This document shows positions 1-8,443 of a stretch of 64,000 bases of DNA, in pieces (positions within the stretch are counted from its first letter, which is position 1; every line of letters starts with the position of its first letter). The stretch spans positions 80,885 through 144,884 of the forward strand of contig JBDRYB010000003.1 of NCBI GenBank assembly GCA_039803205.1, given 5' to 3'. A model generated the notes under the pieces. The model had not been told where the DNA came from, made no database searches, and was given only the letters and a program-made list of their open reading frames with translations. This DNA comes from a candidate division WOR-3 bacterium. Its GTDB lineage: Bacteria; Hydrothermota; Hydrothermia; JBDRYB01. The position numbers were made by a program, and so were the translations under genes.

Positions 1-1
1 T

Positions 2-601
2 GACCCTAATTTTAACACCTACATTGAATTTGACTCAACAACAAAAGCTTCTGGTAAACCGAGATGGTATCTGATAGAGGATGATATTGTGACAGATGAT
101 GAACTCAGGAATCATGATCCAATGCTGTATCCTCCTGCTGATCCAGTGGAAGATCCGAATGCGTGGAAGGTTCAAGCAGAAGAATTACAGGAGCTTTATC
201 GCGACTACGATGGATGGGAGGTTGGCCCTAAGGATGAGTGTATAGCTTACGCATTCCTTTTTGATGAAGTTCCTGGTCGCCCCAGCGTGAAGGGCGCAAC
301 ACTCTGCGGTTCCGGAGTACCCATTGATAACCGAATTTTATGTGTATACTTAAAGGTTATTCCAGGCGATAACGATCCTGTAGAGTTTTTAGAAGCTCTG
401 GCGCTGACACATGAGCTAGGACACTTTCTCTATGATCTTGATGATGTCAGTGGATCTACAAAGTGCATAATGAATCCCGTTTTCTTCTATGCCTGGGATC
501 TTTATTATGATTGCCATTTCCACACTGATTATATTATTCAAATTCGGCACGGTAATTTTCAGATTTTTAAGAATAACGAAAAAAAGGAGGTCAGAAGATG
601 A
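2..601 (+). CDS. Zincin-like metallopeptidase domain protein, 5'-truncated by the window edge
   Basis: Frame is open from position 2 to the stop at 601. HELGH (HExxH) motif followed by a CIM Met-turn-like motif. Locally AT-rich. Confidence 0.6.
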   Translation, partial: DPNFNTYIEFDSTTKASGKPRWYLIEDDIVTDDELRNHDPMLYPPADPVEDPNAWKVQAEELQELYRDYDGWEVGPKDECIAYAFLFDEVPGRPSVKGATLCGSGVPIDNRILCVYLKVIPGDNDPVEFLEALALTHELGHFLYDLDDVSGSTKCIMNPVFFYAWDLYYDCHFHTDYIIQIRHGNFQIFKNNEKKEVRR

Positions 602-1554
602 TCCTTTTGCTTCTCTCGCAGATAACCATGAGTTGTCAGGTGCTGAATCCCCGGGAATCCTATTACTCGGTTGGCTTATTGGGGGAGGATGAACCTCTTC
701 TAGTCGCGATAACCTATAAGAATACAGGGGATAGCACTATATACCTTGCAGCCTGGCCCTATGGTTTCGTGGGGGCAGTTTTGGGTTCTCCATGCATTAT
801 AGCCCAAGACGCAAAGGGCAACGAGATTCCGTGGACTAGTCCTGTAAGGGCGCTCTATGTCCCAACAGAACCATTACCCCATAAGACCATGGGGATTTAT
901 CTTCATCCCGGAGAATCGTTGATCTCGGTAGACAATGTCTTAGAATTTTTGGATATCCGGAAAGCTCATCCCCCTATTACCCTTCTAGGGGTTAAATACT
1001 CTGGTATCTATGCAGGAAAACCTCTCTGTGAGATATGTTGGGATGGTTCAGCAGAAGCATATCTAACTAACCCTTTTGTGTTCTCTCTGGATACTGCGAA
1101 ACCTTCTGAGGAAGAGTTTTACCGGACCAATGCATTGGCTTGGTCACGGCATATTAGCGATTCCATAACAGCTGCTACCGCGTTTTCCCCAGAAGAGAAG
1201 TTTAGATTAAGAATGGCAATCGGCTACCGTTCCTGCAAAAGGATTTTAGCCATAGAGGAAGCGGCTCCCTATGCTTACTATTTCCTTCTGTATCTTCTTG
1301 TTTCTAATTACTGGACAATGAATCCTTCTGTTCTGGGCTATACTCCCTATGCCCTCCTTGATTCCCTCCGAGCCGAATTTCCGGATCATCCTTACCTTTC
1401 TGACGAATACTGGTGGTGGCTTCCAAGGATAATAGATTACAAAATTGAATATTCCGAAAGCTGCCTGAAGAACCCTAAGTATTCCAGGTACTCCGATATC
1501 TTCATCAGTGCGCACGAATGGCACAATCTTATGAAAAAGGAGGGAAGGGAATGA
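598..1554 (+). CDS. Hypothetical exported protein
   Basis: 318 aa ORF with AAGGAGG RBS and ATGA overlap with the upstream gene. Short hydrophobic N-terminus MILLLLSQ. Confidence 0.7.
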   Translation: MILLLLSQITMSCQVLNPRESYYSVGLLGEDEPLLVAITYKNTGDSTIYLAAWPYGFVGAVLGSPCIIAQDAKGNEIPWTSPVRALYVPTEPLPHKTMGIYLHPGESLISVDNVLEFLDIRKAHPPITLLGVKYSGIYAGKPLCEICWDGSAEAYLTNPFVFSLDTAKPSEEEFYRTNALAWSRHISDSITAATAFSPEEKFRLRMAIGYRSCKRILAIEEAAPYAYYFLLYLLVSNYWTMNPSVLGYTPYALLDSLRAEFPDHPYLSDEYWWWLPRIIDYKIEYSESCLKNPKYSRYSDIFISAHEWHNLMKKEGRE

Positions 1555-1742
1555 GCCTGGCGCTTTGTTTGCTACTAATCGTGGACTACTTCCGGCAGAT
1601 CCCATTAGTTAACGAGCCAGAGCTTACCATCTGGCGGTTCAACAAGGCCGGGCCCACGAATACTTTGGCTCGGACAAGGACCTTTCTCAAGATAGGCCGC
1701 CAGAACCTCGGCACTTTTCGGCCCAGAACCTCCCTTCCGTGA
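1551..1742 (+). pseudogene. Possible truncated third gene of the AT-rich operon
   Basis: ATGA overlap with the previous stop and a signal-like start MSLALCLLL, after which the sequence no longer looks protein-like. Confidence 0.3.
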
Positions 1743-2051
1743 ACCTTGAAATCCCGGAATCGGCTCCGGGACTGGAAATCCCGATCCTTACCCGACCCAC
1801 TTTCAACCCCTTCTAAGTCCTTGGCTGGCAAAGACTCAGGCCGAAGTGCCGATGGCCCAAGAACTTAGCTGAGCTAAAATGCGAAATTCTCTGATTACAT
1901 CGGGAATATCTGGATTGATGGTTTTGGGGTTCCGGGGGCCAAAAATGCCGGTTTCCGGCCCAGCTAAGGGCCAAAACAGGGAAAAATATACTGATCAGAT
2001 CAGGGTATCGTGGATGCAGTGAAGCTTAAGGGGCATTATAAGGACGAGAGC

Positions 2052-2080
2052 TTGACCGGCCATAAGTAATGGCTTATAAT
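2052..2080 (+). promoter_or_regulatory. Sigma70-type promoter of the S8 peptidase
   Basis: TTGACC-17 nt-TATAAT. The spacer contains the palindrome GCCAT-n5-ATGGC. Confidence 0.7.
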
Positions 2081-2107
2081 TTTCAGAACCTTAAAGGGAG
2101 GTTTGCG

Positions 2108-4822
2108 ATGAGGTATATCATAGGAGCCATGATAGGGGTTCCCCTGATGGCGGGAACCATAATGCCATCGCTGGAAAAGGTGATGAACGAGTCCGAGCCC
2201 GGGGAGCGGATAGCGATCCTGGTTCACCTGAAGGATAAGCCTGTTTTCAGGATCAACAAGACGACCGCTGAGAAAGCCGCATATATAGATTACCTGAAGG
2301 ACTTCTGCTCAAAGAGCCAGGCGCCGGTCATCTCCTTCGCGGAGGGAATAGGCGTCCAGAAGATCCAGAGCTACTGGGTTTTCAATGGTTTCTACGCGGA
2401 GGCAACCCCCGAGCAGATACGCTCCCTTGCTGAAAGGCCAGAAATAGAATACATCATAGAGGATTTCGTGATAACCCTTCCCAAGGATGAGGTTATAACG
2501 CCAGCAGACGGGTCAAAGGCTGTGGCCTGGGGCGTTGACACAATCCAAGCGGACAGGGTTTGGACCGAGCTCGGGTTCACGGGCGCCGGGATCGTCGTTG
2601 CCAACATGGATACCGGTGTTGATGTGAGCCACCCTGCCTTTGGCGGGAGGTGGCGCTCGGATAATGGCTGGTATGATGCCGTGAACGGCCAACCTAGCCC
2701 CTACGATGACCACGGCCACGGAACCCATACCATGGGGACCATATGCGGAGGCGATGGTCCGGGCCCGTTCGCGCAGGACATAGGCGTTGCCCCCGGAGCG
2801 ACATTCATAGCGGCGAAGGCCTTCAACTCTGGCGGCAGTGGCTCAACATCGGACATACACGAGTGCTTCCAGTGGTTTGCTGGCCTGGCCTCGTCCGGAA
2901 AGGAGCCGGATCTGGTCTCAAACTCTTGGGGTTCTACTTCAACCACAAGCCTTGAATACTGGAACGATGTCCAGACATGGCGCTCTCTGGGCATTCACCC
3001 CATATTCTCAATAGGAAACAACGGTTCATCTCCTGGAACTGCCGGCACACCCGGCAATTTCCCCCTTGTCATAGGGGTTGGTGCCACGGATAATTCCGAT
3101 GTTATAGCCAGCTTCTCCTCCCGCGGCCCAGCGCCCAACCAGAACCCCTGGAATGACCCGGCTAACTGGCTCAGATCGGACTGGAACCTCATAAAGCCCG
3201 ATATATCAGCGCCCGGAGTTAGCGTCTATTCAGCCCTTCCCGGCGGCGGATACGGAACCATGGACGGAACATCTATGGCCTGCCCGCATGTTGCCGGAAC
3301 CGTTGCGCTCATGCTTGAGAAGAACTCCACGCTGGACATATATACGATATACGATATCCTCCTGAACACGGCTGTGTGGAAGGGCCACATGGGCACGAGG
3401 CCCAACAACAACTATGGCTGGGGAAGGGTTAACGCCTATGATGCCGTGAGCAATGTTCCCGGGACCAACATGCCCAATGTGGTAATCCAGTCCACTGCCC
3501 TGAGCGAGCCTTCCGGCAACGGGCTTTGGGACCCAAACGAGCAGGTATCTTTCGTGGTGACGCTGAGGAACACGGGCATAAGCGTTCAGAATGTGAATGC
3601 GACCCTGTCCGGCTCGGACAGCTATGTCAGCCTCCTTGACTCGGTAGCGAGCTATGGGGATATCGCGCAGGGCCAGAGCAAAGACAACGCCTCAGACCCT
3701 TATGATGCCTTTGCCAGCTCCTCAACACCATGCGGATACAACAAGAACTTCAACATGCACATAACCGGCACGAACCCAGCATACAGCGTTGATAGGAGCC
3801 TCAGCTTCACCATAGGGGTGGCCCCTGGCCAGCAGTTCAATTCCTTTGACGGCCCGTCCTCAGGCGATTATTACCTCTATGGAGCCGCTTTTGATGGCAA
3901 CAACCTTTGGGTCGTCTATTTCCTCGGAACGAGCCTATACAAGCTGAATCCGGACAACGGCTCTCTGAGGGGAACCATAACCGCTCCGAACGATTCCATC
4001 ACCGACATAGCTTGGGACCCAACGAGGAAGTGCCTCTGGCTCCACGACTGTAGCAGGAAGTTGATTTACAGGATAGATACCCTCGGCAACCTCCAGGGCT
4101 CGTTCTCATCCCCGGCCACGACATACCCAACTGGCCTCACTTATGATCCGCTCCAAGACATAATCTATGTTGCTGACAGGGACAACTACATGATATACAA
4201 GGTAAACCCAAACACGGGCGCGACCATATCCTCCCACAATGTTAATTTCGGCGGCCAGTATGGCCCGAGGTGTCTGGCAGTGGAGCCTCGCGGCTCAGGA
4301 GGCTCTGGAACCCTCATCTTCATGTATACCTTCTTCAATGCCGGTGGCACCCTGGATTCAACGGTTCTCTATGAGCTCAGCAAGACCGACTGCTCAAGAA
4401 CCGGCAAGAGCTACAACTTCGGCGCGGCTAACCTAAGGGGAATTGAGTATGATTCCAGGAAGGGGCTCTACTGGATAACATACATGCAGGATGACATCAT
4501 AGCGGAGATAGGCGGGTTCTACTGCGAGTCTGGGACCGGAGTGGTCGGCCAGAAGCCCTTTATACCCCTTACAATAGAAGGGCCTTGGCCCTCTGTTTGC
4601 AGAGGGGATTACAGCCTGCTCCTTGCCCTTCCTTCGGATGCCCTCGTCAGGGTATCTGCCTACGATATAACCGGGAGGCTAGTTGAGAGGGTCTTCACTG
4701 GGAAGCTGGGTTCCGGCATCCACACCCTGAATGTGAGCACGAACCTCGGCTCAGGGGTCTATATCCTGAGGGCTGAGATAGGGAATGAGTCCTTCATCAG
4801 GAAGCTCATCATAGAGAAATAG
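2108..4822 (+). CDS. Secreted S8 (subtilisin/Bpr-like) serine peptidase with beta-propeller-like region and T9SS-like C-terminal domain
   Basis: Catalytic triad motifs MDTG, HGHGTH and GTSMACPHVAG. Signal peptide and GGGAGG RBS. C-terminus YDITGRLV...SGVYIL...KLIIEK. Confidence 0.92.
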   Translation: MRYIIGAMIGVPLMAGTIMPSLEKVMNESEPGERIAILVHLKDKPVFRINKTTAEKAAYIDYLKDFCSKSQAPVISFAEGIGVQKIQSYWVFNGFYAEATPEQIRSLAERPEIEYIIEDFVITLPKDEVITPADGSKAVAWGVDTIQADRVWTELGFTGAGIVVANMDTGVDVSHPAFGGRWRSDNGWYDAVNGQPSPYDDHGHGTHTMGTICGGDGPGPFAQDIGVAPGATFIAAKAFNSGGSGSTSDIHECFQWFAGLASSGKEPDLVSNSWGSTSTTSLEYWNDVQTWRSLGIHPIFSIGNNGSSPGTAGTPGNFPLVIGVGATDNSDVIASFSSRGPAPNQNPWNDPANWLRSDWNLIKPDISAPGVSVYSALPGGGYGTMDGTSMACPHVAGTVALMLEKNSTLDIYTIYDILLNTAVWKGHMGTRPNNNYGWGRVNAYDAVSNVPGTNMPNVVIQSTALSEPSGNGLWDPNEQVSFVVTLRNTGISVQNVNATLSGSDSYVSLLDSVASYGDIAQGQSKDNASDPYDAFASSSTPCGYNKNFNMHITGTNPAYSVDRSLSFTIGVAPGQQFNSFDGPSSGDYYLYGAAFDGNNLWVVYFLGTSLYKLNPDNGSLRGTITAPNDSITDIAWDPTRKCLWLHDCSRKLIYRIDTLGNLQGSFSSPATTYPTGLTYDPLQDIIYVADRDNYMIYKVNPNTGATISSHNVNFGGQYGPRCLAVEPRGSGGSGTLIFMYTFFNAGGTLDSTVLYELSKTDCSRTGKSYNFGAANLRGIEYDSRKGLYWITYMQDDIIAEIGGFYCESGTGVVGQKPFIPLTIEGPWPSVCRGDYSLLLALPSDALVRVSAYDITGRLVERVFTGKLGSGIHTLNVSTNLGSGVYILRAEIGNESFIRKLIIEK

Positions 4823-4844
4823 GAATATACTCTGAGAAAACAGG

Positions 4845-4871
4845 GCCCCTCCTTTTTGGAGGGGCTTTTTT
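4845..4871 (+). terminator. Rho-independent terminator between convergent genes
   Basis: GCCCCTCC-ttttt-GGAGGGGC stem-loop followed by a T-run. Confidence 0.8.
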
Positions 4872-4876
4872 AATTC

Positions 4877-5776
4877 TCAGTCCGAGGTTCCGGCCATGAG
4901 CCTTAGCCTCTTTCTGGCCACTTCAATAACCCTATCTCTCCCCCTGCCCAAGTATTTCCTGGGATCAAACTCTCGGGGATTATCCCTGATGTAGCGCAGT
5001 ATCCCAGCGAGGAAGGCCAGCCTCAGATCCGTATCAACATTAACCTTCATGACCCCGCGCGCTATCGCTTCGGCTATCTGATCATCCGGAACCCCCCTCG
5101 CGCCCTCAAGCTCAATGCCCATCGCCATAAGCTCAGCTATAAGATCCTGGGGAACCCCGGACGCGCCGTGAAGGACAAGGGGTATTTTGACCTTATCCCT
5201 TATCGCCTCCAGCCTCTTGAGGTCCAAACTTGGTTCACCCTTGAACTTGTAAGCGCCGTGTGATGTGCCAACAGCAACGGCCAGGGCATCAACACCGGTC
5301 TCCTCAACGAACCTATAGGCCTCATCTGGGTCCGTCAAAAGCGCCCTATCAGATGAGGCAGAATCCTCAATTCCTCTTAGAACCCCTATTTCCCCCTCAC
5401 AGGTAGCGCCGCGCTCGTGGGCCAAGCGTGCGGCTTCGGCTGTAAGCCTTACATTCTCGTCAAATGGGAGATGCGAGCCATCAAACATCACGGAGGAAAA
5501 TCCAGCGTCAAGAGCGATTTTTATCGCGTCCAGGCTCTTTCCGTGGTCAAGGTGTAGGGCAACCCTTATCCCCTTTTCCTCTGAGACAGCCCTGACCATT
5601 GCCACCAGGGTCCTTGGCCCAACATAGGCCAGCGCTCCCTCGGTAGCGGCAACGATCGCGGGTCTCTTCTCCTCACGCGCGGCCTCGCAGACAGCCTGGA
5701 TGAACTCCAGGTTGTTGACATTGAAGGCAGGACAAGGGCCCTCAGAGAACACATCATTCAGCGTTAGGAAACCCAT
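4877..5776 (-). CDS. fba: Class II fructose-1,6-bisphosphate aldolase
   Basis: Motifs AFNVNN, LHLDHG, SSVMFDGSH, GTSHGAYK, VLHGASG, KVNVDTD and FDPRKYL. Confidence 0.95.
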   Translation of the reverse strand: MGFLTLNDVFSEGPCPAFNVNNLEFIQAVCEAAREEKRPAIVAATEGALAYVGPRTLVAMVRAVSEEKGIRVALHLDHGKSLDAIKIALDAGFSSVMFDGSHLPFDENVRLTAEAARLAHERGATCEGEIGVLRGIEDSASSDRALLTDPDEAYRFVEETGVDALAVAVGTSHGAYKFKGEPSLDLKRLEAIRDKVKIPLVLHGASGVPQDLIAELMAMGIELEGARGVPDDQIAEAIARGVMKVNVDTDLRLAFLAGILRYIRDNPREFDPRKYLGRGRDRVIEVARKRLRLMAGTSD

Positions 5777-5855
5777 TTGAGAGAAATGATAACTCGCCCT
5801 AATGGGGTTGTTCAACCCCCTTGTCCCCGAATAAGGGGGCGCACCAGGCCTTACC

Positions 5856-6074
5856 TCAATCGCCGCACTTCAATAATCCCAATAGCCACTCCAAAAGCCT
5901 GTCCGCTCCACGCTCAAGGTCCCTTATCTTTAAGGCTATTTCCGCTCGTTGTGCCATGAGCCTTGAATAGAGAGCGCCCGCGCGAGCATCGCCCTCAAGG
6001 GCCTGCTCCTCAATCCTCCCGAGGACAGCATCAATCCTACTCAGAGTATCCCTCAGAACCCCCACTGGGTCCAG
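5856..6074 (-). CDS. Small helical protein, candidate C-terminal part of a small terminase subunit
   Basis: Amphipathic helices around a GD turn (RIEEQALEGDARAGALYSRL). AAGGAG lies 5 nt before a CTG at 6074. Start uncertain; may be fused with the upstream ORF. Confidence 0.45.
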   Translation of the reverse strand: MDPVGVLRDTLSRIDAVLGRIEEQALEGDARAGALYSRLMAQRAEIALKIRDLERGADRLLEWLLGLLKCGD

Positions 6075-6262
6075 AGGTTCTCCTTCACGAATTCCTCTAG
6101 AGCTCGGCATTTCTCTTCGCCGAAGTGTCTCTTGGCCCAAGCCCAGCTCCGCCTCTCATAGACAATGGCCTCAGCCAGCTCGGTGAGATCCGGCCTCAGC
6201 GCTTCAAGCCTGTCCAGGAGAAGGTTTCCCTTTTCGGCGAGGATGAACCCTTCAGATAGCAT
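6053..6262 (-). CDS. Small HTH-like protein (sigma region 4-like, or TerS N-terminal domain)
   Basis: GGAGGA RBS and overlap with the upstream stop. Pattern LEALRPDLTELAEAIVYERRSWAWAKRHFG resembles an HTH. Confidence 0.5.
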   Translation of the reverse strand: MLSEGFILAEKGNLLLDRLEALRPDLTELAEAIVYERRSWAWAKRHFGEEKCRALEEFVKENLWTQWGF

Positions 6263-6599
6263 AGTCTTCCTCCAATTCGTCTAAGGACACGAAGATCATT
6301 CGCGTCGCCTTTTTCTTGAGCTTCCAAAGGTGCTTCTTCATCGCGGCAATGTAATATTGCCTGAATTCTCTGGCCTTGCCAGGGGCCCAAGACGACAAGA
6401 CCTTGAAGAGGAGGAGCCTGAGCTCCTGGGCCACATCCTCCTGTTCCGTGCCGTCCATGAAGTTAGCTGAGGCTCTCAGGATGTAGCGTTCCAGAAAGGA
6501 ATGCAGGCGGACAAAGGCTTCAGGGTCACCCATTTTGGCCTCTATGGCGGCTTTGTCTATTTCCTTGCCAGAGGGGTTCATGTTATTTAGTGAGCCCAT
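6252..6599 (-). CDS. Sigma70 region 2-only protein (phage-like sigma factor)
   Basis: AKMGDPEAFVRL, EQEDVAQELRLLL, W..GK..EFRQY, ending just after SLDE. GGAGG RBS. 115 aa. Confidence 0.7.
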   Translation of the reverse strand: MGSLNNMNPSGKEIDKAAIEAKMGDPEAFVRLHSFLERYILRASANFMDGTEQEDVAQELRLLLFKVLSSWAPGKAREFRQYYIAAMKKHLWKLKKKATRMIFVSLDELEEDYAI

Positions 6600-6675
6600 T
6601 TTTGTCCTCCGTCGTGAATAGTGTTGATTTGATCCGGGCTCAGCCCTTGCTTTATGCTTTTGAGGTTCACCATGA

Positions 6676-6715
6676 TCCGTTAAATATTATAACGGAAAAC
6701 CGTGATGAAGATCAA
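6676..6715 (-). promoter_or_regulatory. Sigma70 promoter for the sigma-like operon, overlapped by a palindromic operator
   Basis: Minus strand TTGATC (6710-6715)-18 nt-TATAAT (6686-6691). Perfect inverted repeat TCCGTTA-n7-TAACGGA at 6676-6696. Confidence 0.7.
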
Positions 6716-6728
6716 GTAGCTAACTAAT

Positions 6729-7364
6729 ATGCGTGATAAAGGGGAAACGATCGGCGCCCGTATAAAGAGGGCCAGGGAGCACCGGGGCATGTCTCAGCTC
6801 AGGCTTGCCAGACAAATAGGGGTGCCTTTCCAGCGCATCTCCGAGTGGGAGAGGGGCCTGGTTTCCCCATCCGCTCGTTACCTTAAGGCAATAGCTGATT
6901 CGCTTTCCGTTTCATTGGATTGGCTTCTTTCAGGGATGGGCCCGATGGAGAGGCCTGAAAGAAGCGATGCAATATTCCCTGTGCATCAGGTTCCTGTTTA
7001 CGGCACGGTCCCAGGGGGGCCTCCGTATGACCCAGGTGACCCCGGAGTCATGGAGGTAATAGGGGTTCCTGCGGAATACTCGGGAAGGGATGTTTTTGGC
7101 CTCGTTGTGAAGGGTGATTCCATGTCTCCAACCCTCGTGGATGGGGACAGGGTGCTGGTCGCGAGGGATATTAGGCCCAGAGATGGGCTTATCGTTGTGG
7201 TAAAAATGAACCAAGGCGAATATACCGTCAAGCGCATGAGGAGGCAAGGGGATCTCCTCATACTCATGCCTGATAATCCCAACTTTCAGCCCATTGTTCT
7301 TGCCCCTGATGATGAGGGAGAGATAGTTGGCGTCGTGGTTGAGGTGATAAGGAGGCTATTGTGA
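6729..7364 (+). CDS. CI/LexA-like repressor (XRE HTH plus S24 peptidase)
   Basis: HTH_3 motif GMSQLRLARQIGV...ISEWERG. S24 catalytic motifs GDSM (Ser) and TVKR (Lys). Confidence 0.9.
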   Translation: MRDKGETIGARIKRAREHRGMSQLRLARQIGVPFQRISEWERGLVSPSARYLKAIADSLSVSLDWLLSGMGPMERPERSDAIFPVHQVPVYGTVPGGPPYDPGDPGVMEVIGVPAEYSGRDVFGLVVKGDSMSPTLVDGDRVLVARDIRPRDGLIVVVKMNQGEYTVKRMRRQGDLLILMPDNPNFQPIVLAPDDEGEIVGVVVEVIRRLL

Positions 7365-8443
7365 TAAGGGCTGAGATGACAAGATGGCCAGAGGGAAGGA
7401 CTCCGGCCTTCCTCATGATTGACGATGTTGGCGATCTCGTTGTGGGGGATACTCAGGAAGGAGATTGGGGAGGCCTTGGAATAGGCCCAAACTCCACATG
7501 GGAGTTCTTCACGGAAACATACAGGCGTGCTGTCCCGAGGCTCAGGGCCGTGTTTTTTGTTTCTCCTGGCCAGTTCCTAAACGCGCGCCTCGTGCCGGGC
7601 ATCAAGATTCAGAGGCAAGGCAAGATTGTTGAATTGTTGGAGGTAATTGCCAGAGCACGTTGGGCCGAGATAGGTTTTCACGGTATGGATCACACTAGGC
7701 TGGATGGGAGGCCGGAATGCTCAGGGCTTGAAGACCCAAAAATGTGGCTCGCGAGGGGAAAGTCTGCCCTTGAGGAGCTGACTGGGGCCAAGGTTCTCGG
7801 TGGGAAGTGCCCTGGTTATGAGGGATACGAGCTCGTGGAGAAATACCTCACAGAAGCAGGGTTTCGGTGGTGGGCTGATGCCTGGACACCAGTAAGGGGA
7901 GGAAGGGGCTGTTTTCACGGGGGAAGAGGCGTTATCACGAACCAGAGGGGGGTGAGATTATTCCCAAGCAACATCGGCGCATACACGGGGCTTTATCGGA
8001 GGGGCCGCTCCGTTATTGAGAGGCTCTTCATGAAAAGGAGGATGGCCAGACTGTTCGCTAGGGCAAGGTTCCTCGTTGAAAAGGGGATTCCCGTTACCAT
8101 CCAAACGCACTACGCGGCGTTGCGCCCCGATGGGGCCAGGCAGGTCTACAACCTATACGATGACAGGCCCTTGCTCCTTCCTCTTCTTACGGGGCTTGAC
8201 GATCTGGTTTGGTGGGCTTTGCCAAGAGAGATATGCGATTACCTTGATACCGTTGAATCCATGAGCTTCCTCGTTGATGGCTTTAAGCTGATAATCAACT
8301 CTGAGCGGCCGCGCTGGGATGTCTCGTTTAGGATTCACCCTTGCCCCTCGTATCTCATGGCGCCTGAGGGCTACAGGGTCTATCCGAAAAAAGGGCTCTT
8401 CACCTTCCTCCCTAAGCCTGGGGCATACGAGGCGGTTTTCTAG
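7361..8443 (+). CDS. Polysaccharide deacetylase-like protein
   Basis: LMIDD and EIGFHGMDH (NodB-like) motifs. GTGA overlap with the repressor. Confidence 0.65.
   Translation: MIRAEMTRWPEGRTPAFLMIDDVGDLVVGDTQEGDWGGLGIGPNSTWEFFTETYRRAVPRLRAVFFVSPGQFLNARLVPGIKIQRQGKIVELLEVIARARWAEIGFHGMDHTRLDGRPECSGLEDPKMWLARGKSALEELTGAKVLGGKCPGYEGYELVEKYLTEAGFRWWADAWTPVRGGRGCFHGGRGVITNQRGVRLFPSNIGAYTGLYRRGRSVIERLFMKRRMARLFARARFLVEKGIPVTIQTHYAALRPDGARQVYNLYDDRPLLLPLLTGLDDLVWWALPREICDYLDTVESMSFLVDGFKLIINSERPRWDVSFRIHPCPSYLMAPEGYRVYPKKGLFTFLPKPGAYEAVF

Noticed and set aside
6587..6673. 28-codon minus-strand ORF (MVNLKSIKQG...) at the position where cro would lie
   Set aside because: Too short, no HTH pattern and no RBS. 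It overlaps the putative regulatory motifs.
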